Origin: Candidatus Scatosoma sp.
Lineage (GTDB): Bacteria; Bacillota; Clostridia; Christensenellales; Borkfalkiaceae
Length of the DNA: 64,000 bases
NCBI GenBank assembly: GCA_045542595.1
Contig: JAZQLI010000026.1
Coordinates: 4,732-68,731, forward strand
Direction: 5' to 3'
A program made the translations under genes and the position numbers. This document shows positions 47,708-56,877 of the stretch, piece after piece (the stretch's first letter is position 1; each line of letters begins with the position of its first letter). Under the pieces are notes generated by a model. The model had not been told where the DNA came from. It made no database searches and saw only the letters and a program-made list of their open reading frames with translations.

Positions 47708-48774
47708 AAAGAAAACTTTCCACTATCTACGCGGTAGTTTGTACGTTGTTGCTTGCAGGCGCGTTTGTACTCGTCTTTTATTTTGCTTGGAAAAGCGACG
47801 ACGTGGAAAACGTTATCGCGGTTTTGGCTGGGTTTGCTATCAGCTTATTTTTAGCTCCCGTTTTTCACGAGCTTGGGCATATTGCTTTTGCGGATATAAC
47901 CAAAATGCAAGTAATGTACGCGAAATTCTTTTGCTTTAAAATCGTAGTCAAAAACAAAAAATCCCGTCCGTACTTTGCTTCTCCGTTTGCGCCCGACGAA
48001 ACGCAAGCCGTACCCAAAACGGGCGGCGATATGCGCCGTCGTGCGTCTTGGTATACGCTTGGCGGATTGATTTTTAGTAGCGGATTTTTTGCGGCGGTAC
48101 TTATCGCGGCTGTTATTTGTACCGCTGTAAACGCAACGAACTTCGCGCTTTGGGGTATGCTGCCTTACGCGGCGTATTTGTTGTTTTTAAATCTTGCTCC
48201 GTTAGAATATCCAAGCGGAAAAACGGATTCGTTGGTGTATTGCGGTATTCAAAGGGGGGAAGACGCGGAAAAAAATATGCTTGCCGCGATGGAAATTCAG
48301 GGCAATTTATATGCAGGGAAAAGCTATACGGAAATCGACGAAACCCTGTACTTTAACCAACCGCAGCTTTGCGAAGACGAGCCGCTTTTTGCCGTGATGC
48401 TCGATTTACGCTATCGCTACTACTTAGAAAAAGAAGAATACGATAACGCGGCAGATTGTTTAAATCGCTTGGCAAACGCACAGGCGTATTTGCCGCAGGA
48501 AGAAGTGGAAAAACTCGCCGCCGAGCTTACGTATATGCACGCTTTGAAAGGAGATTTGCAAAGCGCGCAACAATGCGCAAAGCTTTGTGAAAAGTTCTTA
48601 AAAACGGAAACGGCAGTTGCCCGTCGAGTATTAGCGGCGTGCGCTTTTGCAGGTGGAAAAACGGACGAATGTTTACTCTTGAAAGAAAGCGCGGAAAACT
48701 ATTTGGAAAAAGAGTTGATAGCAGGGGTTGTCAAAGCGGAAAAAATATTGCTTTCGCGTATTTGTGCGGTATAA
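47704..48774 (+). CDS. hypothetical membrane protein with an HELGH metalloprotease-like motif and a helical-repeat C-terminus
   Basis: About four TM helices, with PVFHELGHIAF inside or adjacent to TM2. The C-terminal 150 aa or so are helical and TPR-like. No family was recognised. Confidence 0.45.
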   Translation: MKRKLSTIYAVVCTLLLAGAFVLVFYFAWKSDDVENVIAVLAGFAISLFLAPVFHELGHIAFADITKMQVMYAKFFCFKIVVKNKKSRPYFASPFAPDETQAVPKTGGDMRRRASWYTLGGLIFSSGFFAAVLIAAVICTAVNATNFALWGMLPYAAYLLFLNLAPLEYPSGKTDSLVYCGIQRGEDAEKNMLAAMEIQGNLYAGKSYTEIDETLYFNQPQLCEDEPLFAVMLDLRYRYYLEKEEYDNAADCLNRLANAQAYLPQEEVEKLAAELTYMHALKGDLQSAQQCAKLCEKFLKTETAVARRVLAACAFAGGKTDECLLLKESAENYLEKELIAGVVKAEKILLSRICAV

Positions 48775-48817
48775 AAATGCGGGTAAACGGCAAACATAAG
48801 AAAGATAGGTGATAGAA

Positions 48818-50329
48818 ATGCAAAAACAAAAACAAAGCCAAAGAAAGGCAGGGATATTAATGCCCGTTTCTTCGTTGCCGTCCCCGTGCGGAATCGGTAC
48901 GCTCGGTCAAAACGCGTACAATTTTATCGACTGGTTGCATTCGGCAGGGATAAAAATTTGGCAGGTATTGCCGCTGCTCCCCACAGGGTTTGGCGATAGT
49001 CCGTATCAATCGTTTGCGTCCGACGCGCTCAATTATTATTTTATCGATTTTGCGCTTTTAGAAAAAGACGGATTGCTGGAAAACGCCGATTATGCACAAG
49101 TTAATTTTGGCGACGACGAACGCCGTGTAGACTACGGGAAACAGTTTGAAAATAAAGTAAAAATTTTAAGGAAAGCATTTGCGCGGTTTGATAAAAATTC
49201 AGCGGAATGGTACTCTTTTTTACAAAGAGGAACATATGCCGATTTTGCTTTATTTATGTCTTTAAAAGTCCGCTTTTCGTATGCGCCTTGGGAAAGCTGG
49301 GACGAGCCCTTTCAAAACCCGGAAAGCGCAGCGGTGCAGTCGCATATAAAGGAATACGCTGATGAAATATTATTTTGGCAGTTTACGCAATTTTTGTTTT
49401 TGAAGCAATGGAATGCATTAAAAACATACGCCAACGAACAGGGCGTACAAATTATGGGGGATATGCCCATATACGTTGCGTACGATAGCGTGGAAACGTG
49501 GAAATACAGAAAACAGCTGTTCGTTACGGACGACGGCGGCAACGTTTCCTTGCGCGCAGGTGTACCGCCTGATGCCTTTTCGGAAGACGGTCAGTTTTGG
49601 GGGAATCCCGTATATGACTGGGAAAAACTCAAACAAGACGAATATCGTTGGTGGACTAACCGTTTTGCGTACGCGTTTTCCCTTTTCGATATCGTGCGTA
49701 TCGACCATTTTCGCGCGTTCGACCGCTTTTACGTTATCCCTAAAGACGCGCAAACGGCAAAGGAAGGGGAATGGCAGGACGGGCCGAAAGCTGCAGTGTT
49801 TAAAGGCTTTGAAAACAGCAAAATTATCGCGGAAGATTTGGGTATCATTGACGACGGCGTGCGCGCGTTGTTAAAGCAAACGGGGTACCCAGGTATGAAA
49901 GTATTCGTGTTTGCGTTCGACGGCAATCCCGATAACGAGTATTTACCCGATAAATACGGTGAAAACTGCGTTGTGTATACGGGTACGCACGATAACGAAC
50001 CGTTGCGCGCTTTTTTGGAGAATATGGACGAAAAACAACGCAAGGCGTTTGAAACGGAGTTGGAAAAACAGTGTTTGCAAGCGGATGTGCCCTATTTAAC
50101 AGAAAATACGGAAATTGAATGCGAAACGATTATTCGCTTACTCTTTTCCACAAAAGCGAATACGGTAATCGTGCCGATGCAAGACGTACTTGCATTAGGA
50201 GAAGAAGCGCGGTTTAACGCTCCGTCTACCGTGTCGGGGGCAAACTGGACGTTCCGTTTTACGGAGAACGATTTAAAGAAACGAAAAGCCGCTTGGCTGA
50301 AAGAAATGTCGGAAGAATATAATAGATAA
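48818..50329 (+). CDS. malQ: 4-alpha-glucanotransferase (amylomaltase, GH77)
   Basis: AGILMPVSSLPSPCGIGTLG, DSPYQS, VRIDHFRAF and EDLG motifs. The start is either ATG 48818 or GTG 48809. Confidence 0.85.
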   Translation: MQKQKQSQRKAGILMPVSSLPSPCGIGTLGQNAYNFIDWLHSAGIKIWQVLPLLPTGFGDSPYQSFASDALNYYFIDFALLEKDGLLENADYAQVNFGDDERRVDYGKQFENKVKILRKAFARFDKNSAEWYSFLQRGTYADFALFMSLKVRFSYAPWESWDEPFQNPESAAVQSHIKEYADEILFWQFTQFLFLKQWNALKTYANEQGVQIMGDMPIYVAYDSVETWKYRKQLFVTDDGGNVSLRAGVPPDAFSEDGQFWGNPVYDWEKLKQDEYRWWTNRFAYAFSLFDIVRIDHFRAFDRFYVIPKDAQTAKEGEWQDGPKAAVFKGFENSKIIAEDLGIIDDGVRALLKQTGYPGMKVFVFAFDGNPDNEYLPDKYGENCVVYTGTHDNEPLRAFLENMDEKQRKAFETELEKQCLQADVPYLTENTEIECETIIRLLFSTKANTVIVPMQDVLALGEEARFNAPSTVSGANWTFRFTENDLKKRKAAWLKEMSEEYNR

Positions 50330-50335
50330 ACCTAT

Positions 50336-50364
50336 CACCCTTAACTTGTTTGGTTAAGGGTTTT
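50336..50364 (+). terminator. rho-independent terminator
   Basis: A 9-bp stem acccttaac / gttaagggt with a 7-nt loop, then tttt. Confidence 0.65.
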
Positions 50365-50472
50365 TCATTGCCATAAACCGTTGTTTTTTTGTTTACGCGA
50401 ATAAAAACCGACAAGATAAAGAACACTAAAAGAAAAGGCGCTTCGAAAAACTTCGAGGCAAAGGAGAGAACT

Positions 50473-51762
50473 ATGAAAAGACAGGGAAAGGCTTTATGTT
50501 TGGCGTTGGCAGCGTGTAGTGTGCTTGGCGCGACAGGTTGTAGTTGTATGGGTGAAAGCGACGGTAGTGTAAAACTCACTGTTTGGGTATCGGAAGCGGA
50601 CCGCGCGTTTGCAAGGTCTGTCGCGGAAGCATTCAAAGCGGCGCACCCCGATAAAAAATACAATATCGTCGTGGATATTCAAGGCGAAAACGACGTGGCA
50701 ATCCGCGTTTTAAACGACGTGGAAAACGCGGCGGATGTATATTCGTATTCTAACGATCAGTTGAGTACGCTTTTAAACGGGGATGCACTTGCGCAAATTG
50801 CAGGGGAGCGGTTAAACCGCGTTAAGGAAGCGAATTCAGACGAATCTATCGATTCGGCAACGATGACAGTAAAAGGGCAAACGGGAGTATACGGTATGCC
50901 GTATACGGATAATACTTTCTTTTTATATTACAATAAATCGGTTTTAAGCGAAACGGACGTGCAAACGGTAGACGGCATTTTAGCAAAATGCAGTGAAAAT
51001 AAACAGTTTGCCTATCCTATGACGGACGGTTGGTATACTTCGGCGTTCTATTTCGGTAAAAATTTAGGCTACGACGTGAAATATGACGACAATCTTGCAG
51101 AAACGTCTATCACTTGTAATTTCGATAATCAAACGGGTGTTGCAGTAACGCAAGCGATGTGGCAACTCGTGCAAGATAAACGCTTTAAAGCGGATGCAAA
51201 CGATTCGAAAATCACCGCAGGGTTCAACGACGGTACGGTGGTGGCTGCCGTTTCGGGGATTTGGAATAAAAACACTATTCAAGGGTATTTAGGGGATAAT
51301 TTTGCGGCAGCAAAATTGCCCACGTATACCTTTAAAAAAGGCACGTCGGAAGAAGAACAAGTACAGCTTGTCTCTTTTGCAGGATATAAACTTATGGGCG
51401 TGAATAACTATTCCAAAAATAAAACGGACGCAATGGATTTTGCGGAATTCTACACCAACAAAGAAAATCAAATAAAGCATTTTGAACAGCGCGGATTCGT
51501 GCCGACGGACGAAGGAGCGCGTGCCGACGAAAAGGTGCAAGCGGATATTTGCGCGAAAGCAATTACCGCACAGCTTGGGCACAGTAAAACGCAAAAAGGC
51601 GTGCCTTCGACGCTTTGGACGCCAATGATAGGGCTTGGCTCGGCAATGATTACGGGCGCGCAAAACGGTAATTTTGATTTGCAGGCACAATTAAAAGCGT
51701 GCGTTGACGGCATTGAAAAGCAAGCAACGACAAACAATTCTAACAATTCTTCGCAAAAATAA
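50473..51762 (+). CDS. sugar (maltodextrin-type) ABC transporter substrate-binding lipoprotein
   Basis: An AAGGAGAG RBS is present. The lipoprotein signal is MKRQGKALCLALAACSVLGATGC. The protein shows MalE-like family 1 SBP features and sits in a malQ context. The extension from 50389 is rejected. Confidence 0.8.
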   Translation: MKRQGKALCLALAACSVLGATGCSCMGESDGSVKLTVWVSEADRAFARSVAEAFKAAHPDKKYNIVVDIQGENDVAIRVLNDVENAADVYSYSNDQLSTLLNGDALAQIAGERLNRVKEANSDESIDSATMTVKGQTGVYGMPYTDNTFFLYYNKSVLSETDVQTVDGILAKCSENKQFAYPMTDGWYTSAFYFGKNLGYDVKYDDNLAETSITCNFDNQTGVAVTQAMWQLVQDKRFKADANDSKITAGFNDGTVVAAVSGIWNKNTIQGYLGDNFAAAKLPTYTFKKGTSEEEQVQLVSFAGYKLMGVNNYSKNKTDAMDFAEFYTNKENQIKHFEQRGFVPTDEGARADEKVQADICAKAITAQLGHSKTQKGVPSTLWTPMIGLGSAMITGAQNGNFDLQAQLKACVDGIEKQATTNNSNNSSQK

Positions 51763-51792
51763 ACGTTTTAAAAGGGGAAAGGAGAGCTCGAT

Positions 51793-53199
51793 ATGCAAAA
51801 AACAAAAAGGAAAAAACCTACCGAAAAAAACGCCGTACAATCGGTTATCGAAGCGTTTAGGAAAGGTTCTAATGCAACGCGGCTCTCCTTTTTCTGTATG
51901 GGCGGCGGACAAATTGCAAGGGGGCAAATTGTAAAAGGTGCGCTGTATTTGCTCGCGCAAATTGCATTTATACTCTTTTTGATATTCTTCGGCGGTAGAT
52001 ATATTTTGCATTTGTTTTCGGGGAACTTGGGCAATCAACTTGCAGGGGAAATTTGGAATGAAGAATTACAAATTTTCGAAAAAGTAAAAGGGGATAACAG
52101 TTTCTTAATTTTACTCTACGGCGTGGTTTCCATCGTGCTGACGCTGGTATTTGTCGCCGTTTGGGCAAGCAACGTTTTGGGGAGTTATGAAAACGATAAG
52201 CGTATCCGCGCAGGGGAAAGAGTACGCACCTTAAAACAAGACGTTTCTTTACTCTTAAATGAAAAATTCCACCGTCCGCTTCTCGTAGTGCCGCTTTTTG
52301 GACTGCTTGTCTTCACCGTAATGCCGCTTGTGTTTATGGTGCTGCTGGCGTTTACTAATTACGACTACGCGCATATGCCGCCGGGGAAACTGTTCGACTG
52401 GGTAGGCTTTGATAACTTTCTTACTATGTTTTCTATCGGTAACGGTACGTCGGGTTTTGCATTCGTGTTTTTACGCGTGCTTATATGGACGTTTATATGG
52501 GCGTTTTTCGCCACGTTTACCAACTACTTTTTAGGATTGATTATCGCACTGCTCATTCAAAAAAAAGGAATAAAATTCAAAGCGCTTTGGCGTACTCTGT
52601 TCGTGATAGCAATAGCTGTTCCGCAGTTCGTAACGCTGCTTTTGATGCAAAAAATTCTCGATGGCGACGGGATACTCAATAAAATTTTAGGTACAAATAT
52701 TTTATGGCTTGCCGACCAACGTTTTTTATCGCTTATCCCAAGGCTTATGATTATTTTAGTCAATATTTGGATAGGCGTGCCGTACACCATTTTAATGGCT
52801 TCGGGTATTTTAATGAATATCCCTACCGATTATTACGAAGCGGCGCGTATCGACGGGGCTTCTCCTGTGAAGATTTTTATGAATATTACCTTGCCGTATA
52901 TGTTGCATATCACTACGCCTTATTTAATTACGCAATTTGTAGGGAATATCAACAATTTCAACGTAATATGGCTTTTGACGGGCGGCGGACCGGTGGATAA
53001 CGTGCATTACGGCGGAGGCTCGCAAGCGCAGTCTACCGATTTACTTGTAACTTGGTTATACCGCTTGACTACCGACCAAAACCCTAAATACAACGTAGCT
53101 TCGGTAATCGGTATCGTCATTTTTGTTATCAGTGCGGTAATTTCACTGTTGACGTATAATAGAACGTCGGCGGCAAAAAGGGAGGACGCATTTCAATAA
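51793..53199 (+). CDS. sugar ABC transporter permease (MalF-like)
   Basis: A multi-pass protein with the EAA-loop region YEAARIDGASPVKIFMNITLP. Length is 468 aa. Confidence 0.8.
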   Translation: MQKTKRKKPTEKNAVQSVIEAFRKGSNATRLSFFCMGGGQIARGQIVKGALYLLAQIAFILFLIFFGGRYILHLFSGNLGNQLAGEIWNEELQIFEKVKGDNSFLILLYGVVSIVLTLVFVAVWASNVLGSYENDKRIRAGERVRTLKQDVSLLLNEKFHRPLLVVPLFGLLVFTVMPLVFMVLLAFTNYDYAHMPPGKLFDWVGFDNFLTMFSIGNGTSGFAFVFLRVLIWTFIWAFFATFTNYFLGLIIALLIQKKGIKFKALWRTLFVIAIAVPQFVTLLLMQKILDGDGILNKILGTNILWLADQRFLSLIPRLMIILVNIWIGVPYTILMASGILMNIPTDYYEAARIDGASPVKIFMNITLPYMLHITTPYLITQFVGNINNFNVIWLLTGGGPVDNVHYGGGSQAQSTDLLVTWLYRLTTDQNPKYNVASVIGIVIFVISAVISLLTYNRTSAAKREDAFQ

Positions 53200-54059
53200 T
53201 GAATAAATTATTTTTGAAAATACGCAAAAATACGGCAAATATAACGGTATACGCTTTGCTTATTATTTTGGGTACGTTATGGGTTTTGCCGATATGCTAT
53301 CTCGTATATACGGCATTCCGCGTAACGCCGTCGACGGGTATTATTAATACGCTCTTTCCGGATAATTTACAGCTCGGTTTTAATAACTTCAACCGTTTGT
53401 TTTCGGATACAATGTTCGGGCGTTGGCTACTCAATACGTTTATCGTGGCTTTCAGCTCTTGCGCGCTTACTACTTTCTTTATTTTAATGGTGAGTTACGC
53501 GCTTTCACGGCTGCGCTTTAAAATGCGGAAACCGCTTATGAACGTGTTGCTCGTATTAGGAATGTTCCCCGGGTTTATGAGTATGATTGCCGTATATTTC
53601 ATCTTAAAGGCAATGGCACTTACAAACTCTTTGGTGGCGCTCGTAATGGTATATTCGGGCAGTGCGGCGCTTTCGTATTATATTTGTAAAGGTTTTTTCG
53701 ATACCGTACCGCGCGCAATGGAAGAAGCGGCAATTTTAGACGGAGCAAGCCAACCCGTCGTGTTTTGGAAAATTATCTTGCCTATGGCAAAGCCGATTAT
53801 CGTATATACGGTACTCACTTCGTTTATTTCGCCTTGGTGTGATTTTATTTTCGTAAACACCATTATCAGCGATAGAGAAAAATATACCGTTTCTCTGGGA
53901 CTGTATAAGATGATAAACGCCGAACGGAGTAGTTTTAACGATAACTTCACGGTGTTTTGCGCTGGAGCGTTTGTCGTCGGCGGAATTATCGTAACGTTAT
54001 TTATGAGTATGCAACGCTATTACGTGGAAGGAGTAACAAGCGGCGCGGTAAAAGGTTAA
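53199..54059 (+). CDS. sugar ABC transporter permease (MalG-like)
   Basis: EAA-loop motif MEEAAILDGASQPVVFWKIILP. The start overlaps the preceding gene's stop (TAATG). Confidence 0.85.
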   Translation: MNKLFLKIRKNTANITVYALLIILGTLWVLPICYLVYTAFRVTPSTGIINTLFPDNLQLGFNNFNRLFSDTMFGRWLLNTFIVAFSSCALTTFFILMVSYALSRLRFKMRKPLMNVLLVLGMFPGFMSMIAVYFILKAMALTNSLVALVMVYSGSAALSYYICKGFFDTVPRAMEEAAILDGASQPVVFWKIILPMAKPIIVYTVLTSFISPWCDFIFVNTIISDREKYTVSLGLYKMINAERSSFNDNFTVFCAGAFVVGGIIVTLFMSMQRYYVEGVTSGAVKG

Positions 54060-54071
54060 CAAAAGGCTAAC

Positions 54072-54102
54072 AAAAAGCCGTTCGTTTTTCGAACGGCTTT
54101 TT
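54072..54102. terminator. bidirectional rho-independent terminator
   Basis: A 12-bp stem aaaagccgttcg / cgaacggctttt with loop ttttt, between convergent operons. Confidence 0.75.
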
Positions 54103-54111
54103 GCTTTTATA

Positions 54112-54918
54112 TTATCGGTTTTTAATTACTAATTTTTCAAGCAACGCCACCAAAGCGTACATAACGGCGGCAAGTACGCAGAGTATAAATACCGCACTCA
54201 TTACAAGGTCAAGCTTAAACACCTGCCCACCGTACACGATAAGATAGCCTATTCCTGCTTTCGAAACGATATATTCGCCCATAATCGAGCCTATCCAAGC
54301 CATACCTACGTTGATTTTCAGCATAGAGATAAAATTCGGCAGGGACGACGGAACGACGAGCTTGGTTAAAATTTGCCATTTACTCGCGCCCATAGAACGT
54401 AACAATAAAATTTTGTTTTCATCCGTTGCCATAAATCCGTTTAACATATTTAAAATGGCAACGATAAGTCCTATCAATACGGTCATAAAAACAATCGCTT
54501 TGCTGCCCGTGCCGAACCAAATGATAATCAACGGTCCAAGCGCAATTTTCGGCAGGGCGTTGAGTACCACGAGATAGGGCTCGGAAATGCGGCGAAAGGC
54601 TTCACTCCACCAAAGAAGAAGTGCAACGCCATATCCTACGACAACGGCAATGAAAAAGCCGGCTAGCGTTTCCCAAAGCGTAGTGCCGATATGATAAAAA
54701 AGAGTGCCGTTTTCGTATAAATCTACAATGCTTTTCGCAATGCGCGACGGGGAACTTGTAATAAAGGGGTTTACCCATTGCAGGCTTGCCGAAAGCTCCC
54801 AAAAAACGAGTAATATAAGCAATACCGATATGCGCGCCACGTTAACGATTACGCTTTTTTTGCGTACGTTTTTGAGATACGTCATATGTTCTTTTGAATG
54901 TTGCATTTCGTTTTTCAT
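54112..54918 (-). CDS. NitT/TauT-family ABC transporter permease
   Basis: Six-TM BPD-type permease with MGASKWQILTKLVVPSS (EAA-like). ATG 54918 overlaps the ATPase stop in an ATGA arrangement. Confidence 0.8.
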   Translation of the reverse strand: MKNEMQHSKEHMTYLKNVRKKSVIVNVARISVLLILLVFWELSASLQWVNPFITSSPSRIAKSIVDLYENGTLFYHIGTTLWETLAGFFIAVVVGYGVALLLWWSEAFRRISEPYLVVLNALPKIALGPLIIIWFGTGSKAIVFMTVLIGLIVAILNMLNGFMATDENKILLLRSMGASKWQILTKLVVPSSLPNFISMLKINVGMAWIGSIMGEYIVSKAGIGYLIVYGGQVFKLDLVMSAVFILCVLAAVMYALVALLEKLVIKNR

Positions 54919-55646
54919 ACGTTTAACTCCTTCCAAAGCAATTCAAACCAACCCGAAAACGCTTTGTTTTCACGGCGTTTTAACGGTTCGTTTTCTTCAA
55001 AGTCTAAAGTGTGTTCGGCAACGACGGTTGCAGGGCGTTGGGATAAAACGAAAATTCTATCCGCTACCGAAATAGCTTCGCTGATGTCGTGCGTAATTAA
55101 AAGCGCCGTCTTTTTTTCGCTGCGGATAATTTTATATACGTCGTCGCACACGGTAAGCCGTGTTTGATAATCGAGTGCGGAAAACGGTTCGTCGAGCAAT
55201 AATATATCAGGATTAACCGAAAGCGTTCTAATCAACGCTGCACGTTGCCGCATACCGCCCGATAAGGCGGCGGGGTAGTTTTTAAGGAATTGTTTCAAAC
55301 CGTATTTTTCGGCGAGCGATAAGGCGCGCGTACGTTGATTTGCGTTATTCGTGCCTTTAATTTCCAAGGGCAAAAAGATGTTTTTTTCTATCGTGCGCCA
55401 AGGAAACAGTTCGTCTTTTTGTAACATATATCCAAACGTTCCGTCGGAAATCACTTTTCCTGAAGTGGGTTGCAATAAGCCTGCCGCCAAGGATAACAAA
55501 GTGGTTTTTCCGCAACCGGAAGGGCCTATTATGGCAACAAATTCGCCTTCCGATACCGTTAAATTTAAATTTTTCACGGCAACGGTTTCCCCTTGTTTAC
55601 TGTGATAGTGCATCGAAACGTTTTCAAAACGTAAAACTTCTTTCAT
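54915..55646 (-). CDS. NitT/TauT-family ABC transporter ATP-binding protein
   Basis: GPSGCGKTT, LSGGMRQR and LLLDEPFSALD motifs. Confidence 0.9.
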   Translation of the reverse strand: MKEVLRFENVSMHYHSKQGETVAVKNLNLTVSEGEFVAIIGPSGCGKTTLLSLAAGLLQPTSGKVISDGTFGYMLQKDELFPWRTIEKNIFLPLEIKGTNNANQRTRALSLAEKYGLKQFLKNYPAALSGGMRQRAALIRTLSVNPDILLLDEPFSALDYQTRLTVCDDVYKIIRSEKKTALLITHDISEAISVADRIFVLSQRPATVVAEHTLDFEENEPLKRRENKAFSGWFELLWKELNV

Positions 55647-55679
55647 TTGCGTATTCCTTCCAGATAGTATTTCTAAACG

Positions 55680-56696
55680 TTATTTTTTATAAATCTCGTT
55701 ATAAACTTTTTTCGCGTACGCGTTGTTTACCATTTCACTCATTTGAGCGCGACGGGTAAGCTCGCCTGCGTTTTCAATGATATCCTGCAAACGGTTAAAG
55801 CTTGCTTCCGTCATAGAAAGTTCGGTGCGCCAAGCGTCGATATTCTTATACCTTTCCACCGACGCGGCAAGCGATTCTTGCGACGTGCCTTCGAAATATT
55901 TGGTTAAATAAGGGGCTACGGTGGCGGCAGGGGTTTCGTTGATATATTTCACTGCCTTGGTAACGGCGCGTAAAAAGCCTTCCGCCGTGCTTTCGTTAGC
56001 TTTCAGCCAAGAATTTTTCGCCATAAAACAGGTGTAGGGTACTTCGCCCGAAGCTTCGCCAACGGAAGCTACTACGTAGCCCTTGCCTGCCGCTTCGTAT
56101 TCGTATGCTACGGGGTCGAACATAGTGCAATAATCGGCAGTGCCCGCTTCAAATGCGCTGGTCATCAAGTTAAACGCCACGTCGTAATTCAAAGTTAAAT
56201 CTACGCCGTCGGTTAAGTTGTTTTGCGTAAGTATATATTCAAACGTCATAGCAGGTACGCCGCCTTTCCGTCCGGCTAAAATTTCTTTACCTTTTAAGTT
56301 CTCCCACTTAAAATCGGGTTCGGGGTTTCTCGAAACCAAAAACGAGCCGTCGCGCTTGGTGAGTTGCCCAAATACCGTAGGTACGTCGGACGAGCCGCCC
56401 ACAAGTACGTATAACGCCGCTTCAGGGCCACAAAAACCGATATCGGCGTCGCCGGAAAGCACGGCGGACATTACGTTATCCGCGCCGCCGCCGTTGGTGA
56501 GTTCAATTTTGATGTTTTCCGCTTCAAAATACCCCAAAGAATCGGCAAGGTATAACGGCGCGTAGAATACGGAGTGGGTAACTTCGTTAATTTGTAACGT
56601 TTTCACGCCGTTAGGTTGTTCGCCGCAAGCGGAAAGGGGTAATATAGTAAAGCAAGCGGCAAGAGCCGCGGATAAAAATTTTGTTTGTTTTTTCAT
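55680..56696 (-). CDS. NMT1/THI5-like (SsuA/TauA-type) substrate-binding lipoprotein
   Basis: A GGAGG RBS is present. The lipoprotein signal is MKKQTKFLSAALAACFTILPLSAC. Operon context supports the call. The extension to 56774 is rejected. Confidence 0.8.
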   Translation of the reverse strand: MKKQTKFLSAALAACFTILPLSACGEQPNGVKTLQINEVTHSVFYAPLYLADSLGYFEAENIKIELTNGGGADNVMSAVLSGDADIGFCGPEAALYVLVGGSSDVPTVFGQLTKRDGSFLVSRNPEPDFKWENLKGKEILAGRKGGVPAMTFEYILTQNNLTDGVDLTLNYDVAFNLMTSAFEAGTADYCTMFDPVAYEYEAAGKGYVVASVGEASGEVPYTCFMAKNSWLKANESTAEGFLRAVTKAVKYINETPAATVAPYLTKYFEGTSQESLAASVERYKNIDAWRTELSMTEASFNRLQDIIENAGELTRRAQMSEMVNNAYAKKVYNEIYKK

Positions 56697-56736
56697 TGTA
56701 AAAGGCCTCCAAAATTGAAAAAAATTAGAATAATAT

Positions 56737-56788
56737 ATTATATGATAGGGTGTTAATAATTGACAACGGCGCAAAAAAGTAGTAAAAT
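56737..56788. promoter_or_regulatory. back-to-back divergent promoters (ABC operon on -, valS on +)
   Basis: On the + strand: TTGACA (56760-65), 17 nt, TAAAAT (56783-88). On the - strand: TTGTCA (56766-61), 18 nt, TATAAT (56742-37). The two -35 elements overlap. Confidence 0.5.
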
Positions 56789-56877
56789 GAGTAAGCTATT
56801 CTATTTTCTAAAATGGATGATTGCGCGCTTAACGCGTGGGGAAAATAAAGAAAAGACGTACGACGAGGGTTGTGATT

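Noticed and set aside
55680-56696. Calling the NMT1/THI5-like ABC system a thiamine-precursor (HMP) transporter.
   Set aside because: There is no THI-box riboswitch in the short leader (56697-56736) and no thi genes nearby. The substrate cannot be assigned from sequence alone, so I kept the generic NitT/TauT family call.
56789-56877. An expected T-box leader upstream of valS. I also searched for T-box, purine or amino-acid riboswitches upstream of serC, gltX, guaB, hom and the aspartate kinase gene.
   Set aside because: The leaders are too short: about 90 nt for valS, under 100 nt for serC and guaB, and 4-50 nt for the others. I could find no T-box sequence (AGAGA...specifier...TGGNACC-type) and no purine, lysine or SAM riboswitch core.
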